Assembly (NCBI GenBank): GCA_963838925.1
Contig: CAWISW010000001.1
Span: 320,001-384,000 of the forward strand
Reading direction: 5' to 3'
DNA length: 64,000 bases
Source: an uncultured Nitrososphaerota archaeon
GTDB taxonomy: Archaea; Thermoproteota; Nitrososphaeria; Nitrososphaerales; Gagatemarchaeaceae
The position numbers and the translations under genes were made by a program. This document shows, in pieces, positions 10,781 to 20,775 of this stretch (the first letter of the stretch is position 1; each line of letters opens with the position of its first letter). Under the pieces are notes generated by a model, which made no database searches, had not been told where the DNA came from, and saw nothing but the letters and a program-made list of their open reading frames with translations.

Positions 10781-12799
10781 TTGACAGGAGAGGCCGAGAT
10801 ACTCGGCGAGTCCCTCCCGTTCGAAGAGCGAATCGAGCTCCCCAACTGGGCGCACCGAAGGGCCGACCTCGATGAGTACCGCGCCATGCACGCGTCGTCG
10901 GTCAAAGATGCCGCGAACCAGTGGGAGCGCGTCGCCAACGAGCTCCCCTGGCAGAGGCACTGGGACAAGGTCCTCAGCGCGGGAGACCATCCCCACGTGG
11001 CGAAGTGGTTCGAGGGAGGCGCGCTGAACCTGTCGCAGCTCGCGCTGGACAGGCACGTCCAAGGGCCCAGGAGGAACAAGGTGGCGCTCATCTGGGAAGG
11101 CGAGGCGGTGGGCAAGGACGGGGAGCCCTCAGAGGTGAGGAAGCTCACCTACTTCGACCTGTGGAGGGAGGTGAACAGGTTCGCCTTCCTGCTGAAGAAC
11201 AACTTCGGGATGAAGAAGGGCGACAGGATGGCCGTCTACCTTCCCATGATCCCGGAGGCGTTCGTCGTCCTCCTCGCGGCGGCGAGGCTGGGCGTGACTT
11301 TCACGGTGGTTTTCAGCGGTTTCAGCGCGGAGGCGCTGGCTTCAAGGATCAACGACCTGGGCGCCAAGCTGCTGGTGACGGCGGACGGGCTGAACAGGAG
11401 GGGCAAGCAGGTGGACCTCAAGGGGATCGCAGACAGCGCGCTGGAGCAGACCAGGACGGTCAGCCAAGTCATAGTCGTCAGGAGGACGGGCTCGAAGGAG
11501 GCGAACATGAAGCCCGGGAGGGACTACTGGTTCGACGACCTCATGCGCGGAGTCCCGACCTCCGCGCGCGTCGAGCCGGAGCCGCTCGAGAGCGAGCATC
11601 CGCTCTACGTCCTCTACACTTCCGGGACCACCGGCAAGCCCAAGGGCATGATCCACGACACGGGCGGTTACGCCGTCCTCCTGCACGCTACGATGAAGTG
11701 GGTCTTCGACATCAAGGACGACGACGTCTACTGGTGCCCCGCCGACATCGGGTGGGTCACGGGCCACAGCTACGTCGTCTTCGGCCCGCTCATGGAGGGG
11801 GCGACCGCGGTGATCTACGAGGGGACGCTCGACTTCCCCCAGCCCGACAGGTGGTGGCAGGTGATAGAGAGATACGGCGTCTCGGTCTTCTACACCACCC
11901 CGACTGCCACTCGGATGCAGATGAGGTTCGGCGAGGACTTCGTGAGGAAGCACGACAGGAGCTCCCTCAGGCTCATGCACAGCGTCGGCGAGCCGATCAA
12001 CCCGTCCGCCTGGAGGTGGCTCTTCGAGGTCGTGGGCGAGAAGAGGTGCCCGGTGGGCTCGACCTGGTGGATGACCGAGACAGGGGGAGTGATGATCAGC
12101 AACCTCCCCGGCCTCATGCTCATCCCGATGAAGCCCGGCACGAACGGGCTCCCCATCCCCGGGATAGACGCCGACGTCGTGGACGAGAAGGGCGAGTCCG
12201 TGCAGCACGGCCAGAAGGGCTTCCTCGTCATACGCAACAGCTGGCCGGGCATGCCCGGCGCACCGACCGGGATGTGGGGGGACCCCGAGCGGTACGCCAA
12301 GCAGTACTTCGAGCGCTTCCCCTCGAAGGGCTTCTTCTTCTGCGGGGACTACGCGGTCAAGGACAACGACGGGTACATCTGGGTCGCCGGCAGGGCAGAC
12401 GAGGTCCTGAAGGTCGCCGGGCACAGGATAGGGACCTTCGAGCTCGAGTCGTCCATCGTCTCCCACAAGGCGGCCTCCGAGGCCGCGGTGGTCGCGATCC
12501 CCGACCCCATCAAGGGCGAGGTGCCCATCGCGTTCGTGGTTCTTAGGCAGGGGTACGCGCCCGGGGAGGAGCTGCGAAAGGAGATACGGCTCTGGGTCAG
12601 GAGCAACTTCAGCCCCATCGCGGAGCCGTCGCAGGTCTACTTCGTGAACAAGCTCCCGAAGACCAGGAGCGGCAAGATAATGCGGCGGCTCGTGAAGGCC
12701 GTGGCGGAAGGCAAGCCGCTCGGAGACGTCGCCACCCTCGAGGACGAGGCGTCGGTCGAGGAGGTCAAGCAGGCCTACGAGAGCCTCACGGTAATCTGA
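10781..12799 (+). CDS. acs: Acetyl-CoA synthetase (AMP-forming)
   Basis: YTSGTTGKPKG, ADIGWVTGHSY, TWWMTETG, GRADEV, PKTRSGKIMRR (acetylatable Lys). Confidence 0.96.
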   Translation: MTGEAEILGESLPFEERIELPNWAHRRADLDEYRAMHASSVKDAANQWERVANELPWQRHWDKVLSAGDHPHVAKWFEGGALNLSQLALDRHVQGPRRNKVALIWEGEAVGKDGEPSEVRKLTYFDLWREVNRFAFLLKNNFGMKKGDRMAVYLPMIPEAFVVLLAAARLGVTFTVVFSGFSAEALASRINDLGAKLLVTADGLNRRGKQVDLKGIADSALEQTRTVSQVIVVRRTGSKEANMKPGRDYWFDDLMRGVPTSARVEPEPLESEHPLYVLYTSGTTGKPKGMIHDTGGYAVLLHATMKWVFDIKDDDVYWCPADIGWVTGHSYVVFGPLMEGATAVIYEGTLDFPQPDRWWQVIERYGVSVFYTTPTATRMQMRFGEDFVRKHDRSSLRLMHSVGEPINPSAWRWLFEVVGEKRCPVGSTWWMTETGGVMISNLPGLMLIPMKPGTNGLPIPGIDADVVDEKGESVQHGQKGFLVIRNSWPGMPGAPTGMWGDPERYAKQYFERFPSKGFFFCGDYAVKDNDGYIWVAGRADEVLKVAGHRIGTFELESSIVSHKAASEAAVVAIPDPIKGEVPIAFVVLRQGYAPGEELRKEIRLWVRSNFSPIAEPSQVYFVNKLPKTRSGKIMRRLVKAVAEGKPLGDVATLEDEASVEEVKQAYESLTVI

Positions 12800-12870
12800 C
12801 GATTCTCCTTGCGAGCCTTAAATAACGTCCACGGCCGGGACGGTAGAACAGCCGGAGTGTTGTCCCAGTC

Positions 12871-13980
12871 TTGCTAATGATACCAGGGCCTTCTCAGCCC
12901 GACCCGGAGGTCCTGAAGGCGCTCTCGGAGCCGGTGCTCCCTCACTACGGCGCGAAGTGGAAGGGCATCTACGAGGACACGACCTCCAAGCTGAAGAGCG
13001 TCTTCGGCACCTCCAAGAGCGAGGTCATCCTGATGCCCGTCCCCGGGCAGGTAGCCGTGGAGACCTCCGTCGTCAACCTCGTCGGGCGCGGAGGGACGGG
13101 CTTCGTCTGCGTGAACGGCGTCTTCTCAGGCATGATCCCGCAGATGATGAAGGCGATCGGTGCGAAGCCGGTCGTGATACGCTCCAAGCTCGGCTCAGGG
13201 CCGACCCCCGAGGACGTAGCGGCCGCCCTCGACGCCGCTGGAAAGGACGTCGCGGGCAGGGCACTGTTCCTCGTCCACACGGAGACCTCCACCGGCGCGG
13301 CGAGCTCTCCGGCCGAGATCTTCAGGGTCTGCAGGAAGAGGGGCGTGCTCACCGTCCTCGACGCCATCTCGACCTTCGGAGGGATGGAGGTCAAGATGGA
13401 CGAATGGGGAGCCGACTACGTGATAGGGTACGCGAGCAAGGCGATGGGCGGGGTGTTCGGCGCGCAGCCCGTGGCGATAGGCAAGGCCTCCTGGGAGGCG
13501 GCGAAGAAGAACAAGCCGCGCATCCACAGCTTGTTCCTCGACCTCAACACTTGGAGCGACGCCATCGAGAAGGACGGCTCCTGGGGCCACCCATATCCGT
13601 CCTCCATGCCGACCTCCGTCATAGTCGCCCTGCGAAAGGCGACAGACCTCGTGCTGAAGGAGGGGCTCCAGAACCGGTACAAGAGGCACGCAAGGGCCGC
13701 CGCCCAGGCGAGGGACGGCCTCGAGGGGATGGGGCTGGAGATCTTCACGGAGAAGCGCTTCTACTCCAACACCGTCAGCGTCGCCAAGGTGCGCCCCGGC
13801 TGGTCGGCCGCCCTGCGGAGGATGCTCCTCGAGGAGTACGACATCATGATAGCGGACGGGCTCGAGTCCCTGAGCGGCAAGATAATCAGGATAGGTCACA
13901 TGGGGACGTCGGCCACGCCCAAGGCGATATCTGCGACCGTCGACGCCCTCTCAGACTCGCTGGCCAAAGTGAGACCATAG
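12871..13980 (+). CDS. Class V PLP-dependent aminotransferase (alanine-glyoxylate/serine-pyruvate type)
   Basis: LMIPGP, VHTETSTG, VLDAIS, ASKA (PLP lysine), IRIGHMG; TTTAAATA box at ~12818. Confidence 0.9.
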   Translation: MLMIPGPSQPDPEVLKALSEPVLPHYGAKWKGIYEDTTSKLKSVFGTSKSEVILMPVPGQVAVETSVVNLVGRGGTGFVCVNGVFSGMIPQMMKAIGAKPVVIRSKLGSGPTPEDVAAALDAAGKDVAGRALFLVHTETSTGAASSPAEIFRVCRKRGVLTVLDAISTFGGMEVKMDEWGADYVIGYASKAMGGVFGAQPVAIGKASWEAAKKNKPRIHSLFLDLNTWSDAIEKDGSWGHPYPSSMPTSVIVALRKATDLVLKEGLQNRYKRHARAAAQARDGLEGMGLEIFTEKRFYSNTVSVAKVRPGWSAALRRMLLEEYDIMIADGLESLSGKIIRIGHMGTSATPKAISATVDALSDSLAKVRP

Positions 13981-13984
13981 CAGC

Positions 13985-14992
13985 TCAGAGAGGGAGGTTC
14001 ACAGCCTTCCCTTCCTGCATCGACTTCCTCGCTGCGGCGGCGATCTCCACGGCCGCCTTGCCGTCCTGAGCCGTCACCCTGGTGTCGGAGTCCTTGACGA
14101 TGGAGTCCACGAACGACTCCATCTCCAGCCTGTAGGCCTCGGCGAACCGCTCGGGGTACCACGCGTAGGTGGCCACGTCTTCGTGCGAGCCTTTCAGCAC
14201 CCTGATGCTGCTGGTGGCGTCGGGCCTGGTGAAGATTGCTCCCTCCGTGCCGAGCACCTCGACCCTCACGTCGTATCCGTAGCTGGACATCCTGCTCGCG
14301 TCCACCTGCGCGACCACCCCGTTCGCAAGCGAGAGGTTCGTTATGACAGTGTGCTGGTCGGGCTCCGAGCGCGGCGACCCCTCGGCCTCCACCCTGCTCA
14401 CCTCGCTGCCGCAGAGCCATCTCACCAGGTCGTAGTCGTGGGTGCACGTGTCGAAGAATATCCCCCCGCTGCTCTTGAGGTCGGGCCACTGCGCGGGGTT
14501 CGGGACTGGGTCCCGGGTGTTCGACCTCACGAGCACGATGTTGCCTACCTCGCCGGAGTCTAGGGTCTCTTTCACCTTGACGTGGAGCGGGTCGAACCGC
14601 CTCTGGTATCCCACCTGGAACTTCGCGGGCGACTTCTGGCTCGACCTCAGCACCTGCTCGGCGTCGTGGTAGTTGTTCGCGATCGGCTTCTCGCAGAAGA
14701 CGTGCTTGCCCGCTTCGCACGCGAACTTTACGATCTGCGGCTTGTGGATCGTGGGGGTCGCGATGACTATTGCCTGCACCTCGCGGTTCTCGACGAGCCT
14801 GAGATAGTCGGTGAAGACGTTCGTGACTCCGAACTCTGCCGCCAGTCTCTTGGCCGAGTCCTCCACGACGTCTGAGACGGCCACCAGCCTGGCGTTCGAG
14901 ACGCCCTTCGCGAGGTTGGCGGCGTGGATCCTTCCCATCTTGCCCGCGCCGATTATCCCGACGCCGACCTGACCGCTCCCCTGTGCCGCCAC
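13985..14992 (-). CDS. Gfo/Idh/MocA oxidoreductase (inositol 2-dehydrogenase-like)
   Basis: GIIGAGKMG, HVFCEKP, VGYQRRFDP, SGGIFFDTCTHDYD, YGYDVRVEV. Confidence 0.9.
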   Translation of the reverse strand: MAAQGSGQVGVGIIGAGKMGRIHAANLAKGVSNARLVAVSDVVEDSAKRLAAEFGVTNVFTDYLRLVENREVQAIVIATPTIHKPQIVKFACEAGKHVFCEKPIANNYHDAEQVLRSSQKSPAKFQVGYQRRFDPLHVKVKETLDSGEVGNIVLVRSNTRDPVPNPAQWPDLKSSGGIFFDTCTHDYDLVRWLCGSEVSRVEAEGSPRSEPDQHTVITNLSLANGVVAQVDASRMSSYGYDVRVEVLGTEGAIFTRPDATSSIRVLKGSHEDVATYAWYPERFAEAYRLEMESFVDSIVKDSDTRVTAQDGKAAVEIAAAARKSMQEGKAVNLPL

Positions 14993-15090
14993 GACCGGGC
15001 CTCCTCTTCGCGTAGTGGTAAAAACGATTCCTCCTTACTCTCCTGTGGCGCCGGAGACTTGCTCGGTCTGAACTTGGCCCCCTTTCCGGT

Positions 15091-15246
15091 CTAGTCTCTA
15101 GGTCCTCTTCTCTCGATCTCTCTCTTCAGCGTGTCAGGCATGGGCCTGCAGCCGCACTCCCTCGCGTGCTCCATGTGCCAAGCGACCCTCTGGTCGAAGG
15201 TCGGGTCCTTCGGCATCGGGTGGGCAGAGTGCCAGCCCTCGTTCAT
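15091..15246 (-). CDS. Small His/Cys-rich protein, 51 aa (MNEGWHSAHPMPKDPTFDQRVAWHMEHARECGCRPMPDTLKREIERRGPRD)
   Basis: Hand-translated, not in ORF track; fills gap between lsrF and the dehydrogenase on the same strand; WH..HPMP...QR.AWH.EHA..C.CRP pattern resembles a small conserved hypothetical family (from memory). Confidence 0.7.
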   Translation of the reverse strand: MNEGWHSAHPMPKDPTFDQRVAWHMEHARECGCRPMPDTLKREIERRGPRD

Positions 15247-15295
15247 GCTCAATGTCCCGAGCGACGGCTCGTAGCAGTCCTGTCTCCGGACGTGC

Positions 15296-16141
15296 CTAGG
15301 AGCGCCCGCGGCGCGTGCGGCGAGGGGCGGGGTGAGCGGTCAGCTCCTCGATCTTCGTCTTGGTCGAGTTGAAGAGCTCGAGCGCCTCCTTCTCCGTGGC
15401 TCCCTCGTGCACGATCGCGCTGATCGCCTTGATCATGGCGACGGGGTTGTCGTTCTGCCAGATGTTCCTCCCCATGTCGACCCCCACCGCGCCCTCGCCG
15501 ATGGCGCTCGAGACGAGGTGGAAGACGTCCGCCTCCGTGTTGAGCTTCGGCCCTCCGGCCACGACAAGCGGGACGGGGCAGCCCTCGACCACCCTCGAGA
15601 AGCCGTCGCAGTAGTATGTCTTCACCAGGTGCGCGCCGACCTCGGCCGCGATCCTGCATGCGAGCGAGAGGTACCTGTCGTCCCTCTTCTCGAGCTCCTT
15701 CCCGACGGCCGTTATCGCCATCACCGGCATCCCGTACTCCTCCCCCTCGTCGACCAGCTTCCCCAGGTTCAGGAGGGTCTGCTTCTCGTTCGGCGCGCCG
15801 ACGAATATGGAGAGCGAGACCGCGGTCGCGTTGAGGCGCACCGCGTCCTTCATCGAGGTCGTTATGCCCTCGTTGCTCAGGTCGTCCTGGAGTATGCTCG
15901 TCCCTCCCGACACGCGAAGCAGGATCGGGATGTCCCAGTCGGGGTCTACCGAGCTGCGGAGGATACCGCGCGTCACAGAGACGACGTCCGCGTAGGGGAC
16001 GAGCGGCTCGATCGTCCTGCGCGGGTTCTCGAGCCTGCGAGTGGGACCCATGAAGTAGCCGTGGTCGCATGCCAGCATCACCGAGTGACCGGTGGACGGC
16101 CTGATCATCCGAGACATCCTGTTCTTCAGTCCATAGTCCAT
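15296..16141 (-). CDS. lsrF: LsrF-like class I aldolase/thiolase (DhnA family)
   Basis: MDYGLKNRMSR, MLACDHGYFMGPT, VKTYY, VVAGGPK, GVDMGRNIWQ. Confidence 0.85.
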   Translation of the reverse strand: MDYGLKNRMSRMIRPSTGHSVMLACDHGYFMGPTRRLENPRRTIEPLVPYADVVSVTRGILRSSVDPDWDIPILLRVSGGTSILQDDLSNEGITTSMKDAVRLNATAVSLSIFVGAPNEKQTLLNLGKLVDEGEEYGMPVMAITAVGKELEKRDDRYLSLACRIAAEVGAHLVKTYYCDGFSRVVEGCPVPLVVAGGPKLNTEADVFHLVSSAIGEGAVGVDMGRNIWQNDNPVAMIKAISAIVHEGATEKEALELFNSTKTKIEELTAHPAPRRTRRGRS

Positions 16142-16195
16142 CGTTGTTTCTGCCTCCTTGTCACCGTTCAGTGATATTATCCTTTGCGCCCTAGC

Positions 16196-16600
16196 CTAAC
16201 GCTCTCTCGCTTCGTCAAAGGCTCTGTTCGTGAGCTCGTCCGCCTCCGAGTTCTTCTCGCGCGGGATCCACTCGAAGCGGAGCCGCGAGAACTCCGTCGC
16301 CATCTCCTTCGCCTTCAGGTACTTCTCGCGGTATCCTCCGGACTTGACCTTCCAATTCCCTTCCATCTGGTTGACTAGCAGCTTCGAGTCTGAGAAGACG
16401 GTTATCTCCTCGTCGCGGCGCACCTTCAGGTGCTCGAGCGCCTTGACCAGGCAGAAGTACTCTGCGAAGTTGTTCGTCACGCCCGCGCCCGCTACGCCGT
16501 GCCCGGAGTGGGCCCTCTTCCCGCCCTCGTAGACGACGTACCCGTAGGTTCCCAGGCCGGGGTTGGGCTCGGCCCGCCCGTCAGTGTAGACCTCGATCAC
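16196..16600 (-). CDS. rnhA: Ribonuclease HI
   Basis: VYTDG...NPG, TNNFAEY, SDSKLLVNQM.G, WIPREKNSEADEL. Confidence 0.93.
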   Translation of the reverse strand: MIEVYTDGRAEPNPGLGTYGYVVYEGGKRAHSGHGVAGAGVTNNFAEYFCLVKALEHLKVRRDEEITVFSDSKLLVNQMEGNWKVKSGGYREKYLKAKEMATEFSRLRFEWIPREKNSEADELTNRAFDEARER

Positions 16601-16717
16601 GGGCGCTTGGCCTTGCGCAGGCCAGATATGTTGTTTCAGGGGACGTTCGATTAGAATTGGGGGAGGTTGCCTCCCTTCGAGGCCAACCCCTTCGTCCGTG
16701 CTGACGCCGAGGCGCGC

Positions 16718-17083
16718 CTACTCCTCGTTGTCTTCCAGTTCTTCAGTGATCTCAGCGACCTCTGCTGCGTTAGAGATCTCCGAGGCTCCTGAAGCGGCGG
16801 TCGTAGCTGAACCCTGCACGACGGTGCCCATCGCGTACCGGTTCGAGACCTGCGTCACCTTGATCCTGGCCGACTGCCCTTGCTTGCCGCCGGCCACGAA
16901 GATGACGAAGCCGTCGATCTTTGCAATCCCGTCGCCACGCCTGCTGATGTCGGAGATGGTGACGTCGTACTCCTTGCCCACCTCGACTGGCTTTGGCTTT
17001 GAAGAATCGAAACCGCTGTCTCTATCTCTGCTGCCGAATCCGCCGCGGCTCCCAAAGCCGCCTCCACGTTGTCCGAAACTCAT
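16718..17083 (-). CDS. TRAM-domain RNA chaperone with Gly/Arg-rich N-tail and acidic C-tail
   Basis: KPVEVGKEYDVTI.DISRRGDGIAKIDGFVIFV, typical of archaeal single-TRAM proteins. Confidence 0.92.
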   Translation of the reverse strand: MSFGQRGGGFGSRGGFGSRDRDSGFDSSKPKPVEVGKEYDVTISDISRRGDGIAKIDGFVIFVAGGKQGQSARIKVTQVSNRYAMGTVVQGSATTAASGASEISNAAEVAEITEELEDNEE

Positions 17084-17227
17084 CCGTTATCACTTCCTAC
17101 CGCAGTTTCCTTCGGTGAAGGGCGTAGCCTGGCCGAAGTAATTAAGTCTATTCTGGGTTCGCTCCGACTTTCCCCCCTGCCGGTGGGAATAGCGATAAAT
17201 AGCGAGGCGGGGTCAAAGAAGACGGAA

Positions 17228-18109
17228 TTGAAGCAGCGCGATTTCACGCACTTCGTCGACCAGCTCGCAGAGAAAGGAGAGCCGTTCGTGGTGGCGACCG
17301 TCGTGCGGATCCACGGCTCCTCGCTAGGCAAGCCGGGGTTCAAGGCCGTCGTCTCCCGCGAGGGAAGGATAGTCTTCGGGACGATAGGGGGCGTCTGCCC
17401 AGAGTCCGCCATCGCGACGATGTCGCTCGAGGCGCTCAGGACGGGGCAGGCGAAGGTCGTGAAGGTCCACCTCGAGGACGCGAGGTCGGCGGTGGACGGG
17501 ACGCTCAGGAACGCCAGCCCCGACGAGGTTTATGTGGAGACGAACTGCGGGGGGACGATGGAGATCTACGTGGAGCCCTACCTCCCAGCGAACAGGCTCG
17601 TCCTCATCGGCCAGGGCGGGAAGGACGACGTCGAGGACGGGCTCGTGAAGCTGGGCAAGACCCTCGGCTTCGAGACCGTCGTGATAGACCACCTGCCCGT
17701 CCTGAGCGAGGACCCCGACGCTCTCATCACAGACCTCGACTACGACGTCTCCAAGTTCCAGTTCAAAGAGTCAGACTCGGTCGTCGTGCTGACCAAGGGG
17801 GAGCGGGACGTCCCCACGCTCGAGGCCATCTCGAAGGCGAAGGTGAGGTTCGTCGGGCTGATGGCCAGCCTCCAGAGGGTGAGCGAGGACGTCGAGCAGC
17901 TCAGGGCGCGGGGAGTCGCGCCCGCCTTCCTAGAGTCGCTTCACTCGCCCGTCGGGATAGACATCGGCGCGGTGACCCCCGACGAGGTGGTGGTCAGCAT
18001 CATGGCCGACGTGGTCGCCACGAAGCGGGGGAAGCACGCCCCCCACGCGGTCTTTCTGAGCAAAGTGCTGGGAGGCCAGCTGGGCTCCCAGCCTTCGCGG
18101 GCGGACTAG
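17228..18109 (+). CDS. XdhC/CoxF molybdenum hydroxylase maturation factor
   Basis: [50 protein letters not shown]; TTG start inferred. Confidence 0.9.
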   Translation: MKQRDFTHFVDQLAEKGEPFVVATVVRIHGSSLGKPGFKAVVSREGRIVFGTIGGVCPESAIATMSLEALRTGQAKVVKVHLEDARSAVDGTLRNASPDEVYVETNCGGTMEIYVEPYLPANRLVLIGQGGKDDVEDGLVKLGKTLGFETVVIDHLPVLSEDPDALITDLDYDVSKFQFKESDSVVVLTKGERDVPTLEAISKAKVRFVGLMASLQRVSEDVEQLRARGVAPAFLESLHSPVGIDIGAVTPDEVVVSIMADVVATKRGKHAPHAVFLSKVLGGQLGSQPSRAD

Positions 18110-18112
18110 CCC

Positions 18113-19015
18113 ATGCTCCCGCGGAGCTTCCGGTACTTCTCGCCGACCTCCTTGGAGGAGGCCTCCGACCTCCTGAAGGAGCACGCGGGGGACGTCAAGC
18201 TGCTCGCGGGCGGGATGAGCCTCATCCCCCTGATGAAGCTGCGGCTCGCGTCGCCAGCATACGTGGTCGACATCGCCCGCGTGAAGGGCCTCGACTACAT
18301 CAGGAAGAGCGACGACGGCAAGTCGCTATTCATCGGTCCGCTCACAAGGCACCACGCGCTGGAGTCCTCCCAGCTCGTGGCGGAGAGGGCGCCCCTGCTC
18401 GCAGAGACCGCCGCGTCCATCGGGGACCCGCAGGTGAGAAACAGGGGCACGATCGGAGGCGCGCTGGCCCACTCAGACCCCAGCGGCGACTGGGGAGCGG
18501 CGATCCTGGCGATGAGGGGGACAGTGAAGGCCTTGGGTCCCTCGGGGGAGAGGAGCATCGCGATAGACGACTTCCTGGTAGACACGTTCACCACAGCGCT
18601 CAAGGAGGACGAGATCATCACCCAGGTCTCCGTCCCCCTCCCGCCCGAGAAAGGGAGCGGCTCGGCGTACATGAAGCTCGAGAGGAAGGCGGGGGACTTT
18701 GCGACCGTCGGCGTCGCCGTCCAGCTCTCGCTCCAGGGCGGGGCCGGAGGGGACGCCTGCACCTACGCCGGGATCGGGCTGACGGCGCTCGGGCCGAAGA
18801 ACCTGCGCGCGAAGATGGCCGAGGGATGCTTGGCGGGCCGCAAGCTCACGAAGGAGTCCATCGCCGCGGCTTCCTCCGCCGCAGGGAAGGAGTGCTCGCC
18901 GAGCGACGACCCGCTGCGAGGCTCGGCGAAGTACAAGAGGGAGATGGCAGGGCTCTTCACGAGGCGCGCGGTAGAGCTGGCTGTCGCCAGGGCTCGGGGA
19001 CAGGGACCCTCATGA
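18113..19015 (+). CDS. Molybdenum hydroxylase FAD subunit (CoxM/CutM-like)
   Basis: [42 protein letters not shown]. Confidence 0.93.
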   Translation: MLPRSFRYFSPTSLEEASDLLKEHAGDVKLLAGGMSLIPLMKLRLASPAYVVDIARVKGLDYIRKSDDGKSLFIGPLTRHHALESSQLVAERAPLLAETAASIGDPQVRNRGTIGGALAHSDPSGDWGAAILAMRGTVKALGPSGERSIAIDDFLVDTFTTALKEDEIITQVSVPLPPEKGSGSAYMKLERKAGDFATVGVAVQLSLQGGAGGDACTYAGIGLTALGPKNLRAKMAEGCLAGRKLTKESIAAASSAAGKECSPSDDPLRGSAKYKREMAGLFTRRAVELAVARARGQGPS

Positions 19016-19518
19016 CCAGCTCTCCCAAGACGCCGGTGAAGATCAGGGTCAACGGCGAGGACCGCACCAAGGAGGTCGAGCCTCGCATGCTCCTGGTGCA
19101 CTTCCTGAGGGAGGATCTCGGCCTGACGGGAACCCACGTGGGGTGCGACACCTCCAACTGCGGCGCGTGCACGGTCCTCCTCGACGGCAAGTCGGTGAAG
19201 TCCTGCACGGTCTTCGCCGTCCAGGCCGACGGCACCGAGCTGACGACGATCGAAGGGATGCAGGACGCGGACGGCCAGCTCCACCCCATCCAGAAGGCGT
19301 TCTGGGAGAACCACGGCCTCCAGTGCGGCTACTGCACCCCCGGGATGGTGATGCAGGCGGCCTGGCTGCTGAGCGAGAACCCTCACCCCTCGGAGAGGGA
19401 GATACGCCTGGGGATCTCAGGGAACCTTTGCAGGTGCACGGGCTATCAAAATATTGTAAAGTCCATCGACGAGGCCGCGAAGGCCATGAGCTCAAAAGGG
19501 AAGGACGCGCGCCGATGA
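19012..19518 (+). CDS. Molybdenum hydroxylase 2Fe-2S subunit (CoxS/CutS-like)
   Basis: [33 protein letters not shown]; ATG 19012 overlaps coxM stop. Confidence 0.94.
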   Translation: MTSSPKTPVKIRVNGEDRTKEVEPRMLLVHFLREDLGLTGTHVGCDTSNCGACTVLLDGKSVKSCTVFAVQADGTELTTIEGMQDADGQLHPIQKAFWENHGLQCGYCTPGMVMQAAWLLSENPHPSEREIRLGISGNLCRCTGYQNIVKSIDEAAKAMSSKGKDARR

Positions 19519-19534
19519 GCCTAGGTGCCTAGGT
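19519..19534. repeat. 8-bp tandem direct repeat GCCTAGGT-GCCTAGGT (possible excision/rearrangement scar)
   Basis: Read directly; lies where the large-subunit gene would begin (ATG 19515 gives only MSLGA*). Confidence 0.6.
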
Positions 19535-19725
19535 CACTTGGTGACGAGCGGGGCTGGGGCCGTCTGTAGCCTGTGCGCCCGGCCGTGCCTGTACATGTGG
19601 ATGTAACAGTACTTGGCTCCGCACACATGGCAGGTGAAGAAGTACTCTTTCCCAAGAGCCTTTCCGCAAAAACTGCAACTTGCAGTCTTGCTCGTCTTTG
19701 ACTCCGGGTACATCTCGTTTGCCAT
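19534..19725 (-). CDS. Small zinc-finger protein (AN1-like)
   Basis: CSFCG...FTCHVCG..YC..H...H...H ligand pattern. Confidence 0.75.
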   Translation of the reverse strand: MANEMYPESKTSKTASCSFCGKALGKEYFFTCHVCGAKYCYIHMYRHGRAHRLQTAPAPLVTK

Positions 19726-19772
19726 GCCCTACTCTGCAAGGCTTTGTAGGCCATGGTGATTCTTAAGCATAG

Positions 19773-19812
19773 ATATTGGAATATTGGAATACTCAAACCA
19801 ATATTGCAATAT
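19773..19812. promoter_or_regulatory. AT-rich inverted repeat, candidate operator
   Basis: ATATTGGAATATTGG-N10-CCAATATTGCAATAT, arms 14/15 complementary, upstream of zinc-finger gene. Confidence 0.55.
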
Positions 19813-19820
19813 TTGCACAA

Positions 19821-20765
19821 TTACGCGTTGTGCCCGACGACCATCTGCCCCACCACCGACGTCCACGCCCTTGCGCAGTTCCCCGGGTCGTACCCTCCCC
19901 CTCCCAAGGCGACCATCCTCCCTCCGCAAGTCCTGTGCGCGACCTGATGCAACGCTCTTGCGACCCGGGCGTGGAATTCTTCCGAAAATTTCAGCCCCCC
20001 GATGGGGTCGCCCGCCAGCCCGTCGGCCCCGCATTGGAGGATGACGAACTCCGGGTCCGCGCGGGTTGCAAATTCTTCAAGTTTCGGCAGGATGTCGCGG
20101 ATTCGCTCGTCTCCCTCGCCCGGGAGGAGGGGGACGTTGAGCTTGGTGCCCCTTGCTGCGCCGATTCCCGTCTCGTCCTCCCTGCCGCTGCCCGGATACA
20201 GGAACCTCCCGTCCTCGTGGACGTCGAAGATGAAGACATCGGGGTCGGACACGTAGGGATAGAAGACCCCGTCGCCGTGGTGCACGTCGATGTCCACGTA
20301 GAGGATCCTCCTGAGGCCCCTCTTCCTGAGCAGCTCGATGGCCACGCCTATGTCGTTGAAGACGCAGAAGCCCGCCGAGCGGTCCGGGCGGGCGTGGTGG
20401 AGGCCCCCCACCGGGTTGAAGCCGTGGTCCGCCTCCCCGTCGACGACCATCTGCACGCAGGACAGCGTCGACCCGACCGCAGTCTCCGCGGCCTCGAGGA
20501 CTCCCTTGAACGCGGGGGTGTCCCCCTCGTCGAGGAAGCCGTAGCCGAGGGTCGAGGCCTTCTTCACGAACTCGACGTGGCCCTTCTTGTGGAATAGCTC
20601 GAGGGTCTCCTCGTCGGCCTGCTCCGGTTCCACATCCACTTCCCCGAGCCGCATCTTGGCGAGGGCCTCCCAGAAGGCCACCACTCTTGCCGAGTTGAAG
20701 GGGTGGGGCGCGGGGAACGAGTACCTGAGCAGGCCTTCCCCCTTGACGACGCATGCGCGGCACAT
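19821..20765 (-). CDS. Histone deacetylase-family (AcuC-like) deacetylase
   Basis: GGLHHA, GFCVFND, YVDIDVHHGDG, YPGSG, QCGADGLAGDP, GGGGY. Confidence 0.93.
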   Translation of the reverse strand: MCRACVVKGEGLLRYSFPAPHPFNSARVVAFWEALAKMRLGEVDVEPEQADEETLELFHKKGHVEFVKKASTLGYGFLDEGDTPAFKGVLEAAETAVGSTLSCVQMVVDGEADHGFNPVGGLHHARPDRSAGFCVFNDIGVAIELLRKRGLRRILYVDIDVHHGDGVFYPYVSDPDVFIFDVHEDGRFLYPGSGREDETGIGAARGTKLNVPLLPGEGDERIRDILPKLEEFATRADPEFVILQCGADGLAGDPIGGLKFSEEFHARVARALHQVAHRTCGGRMVALGGGGYDPGNCARAWTSVVGQMVVGHNA

Positions 20766-20775
20766 GGGGCTCGGG

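Noticed and set aside
218-14720. Many long alternative-frame ORFs (e.g. 218-2281 minus, 5729-7705 minus, 10921-12546 plus)
   Set aside because: Shadow ORFs of high-GC coding DNA: Arg/Gly/Pro-rich, no motifs, fully overlapping well-supported genes. The same applies throughout the window.
17228-19518. Calling this an aerobic CO dehydrogenase
   Set aside because: Substrate is defined by the large-subunit active-site motif, and that gene is absent here.
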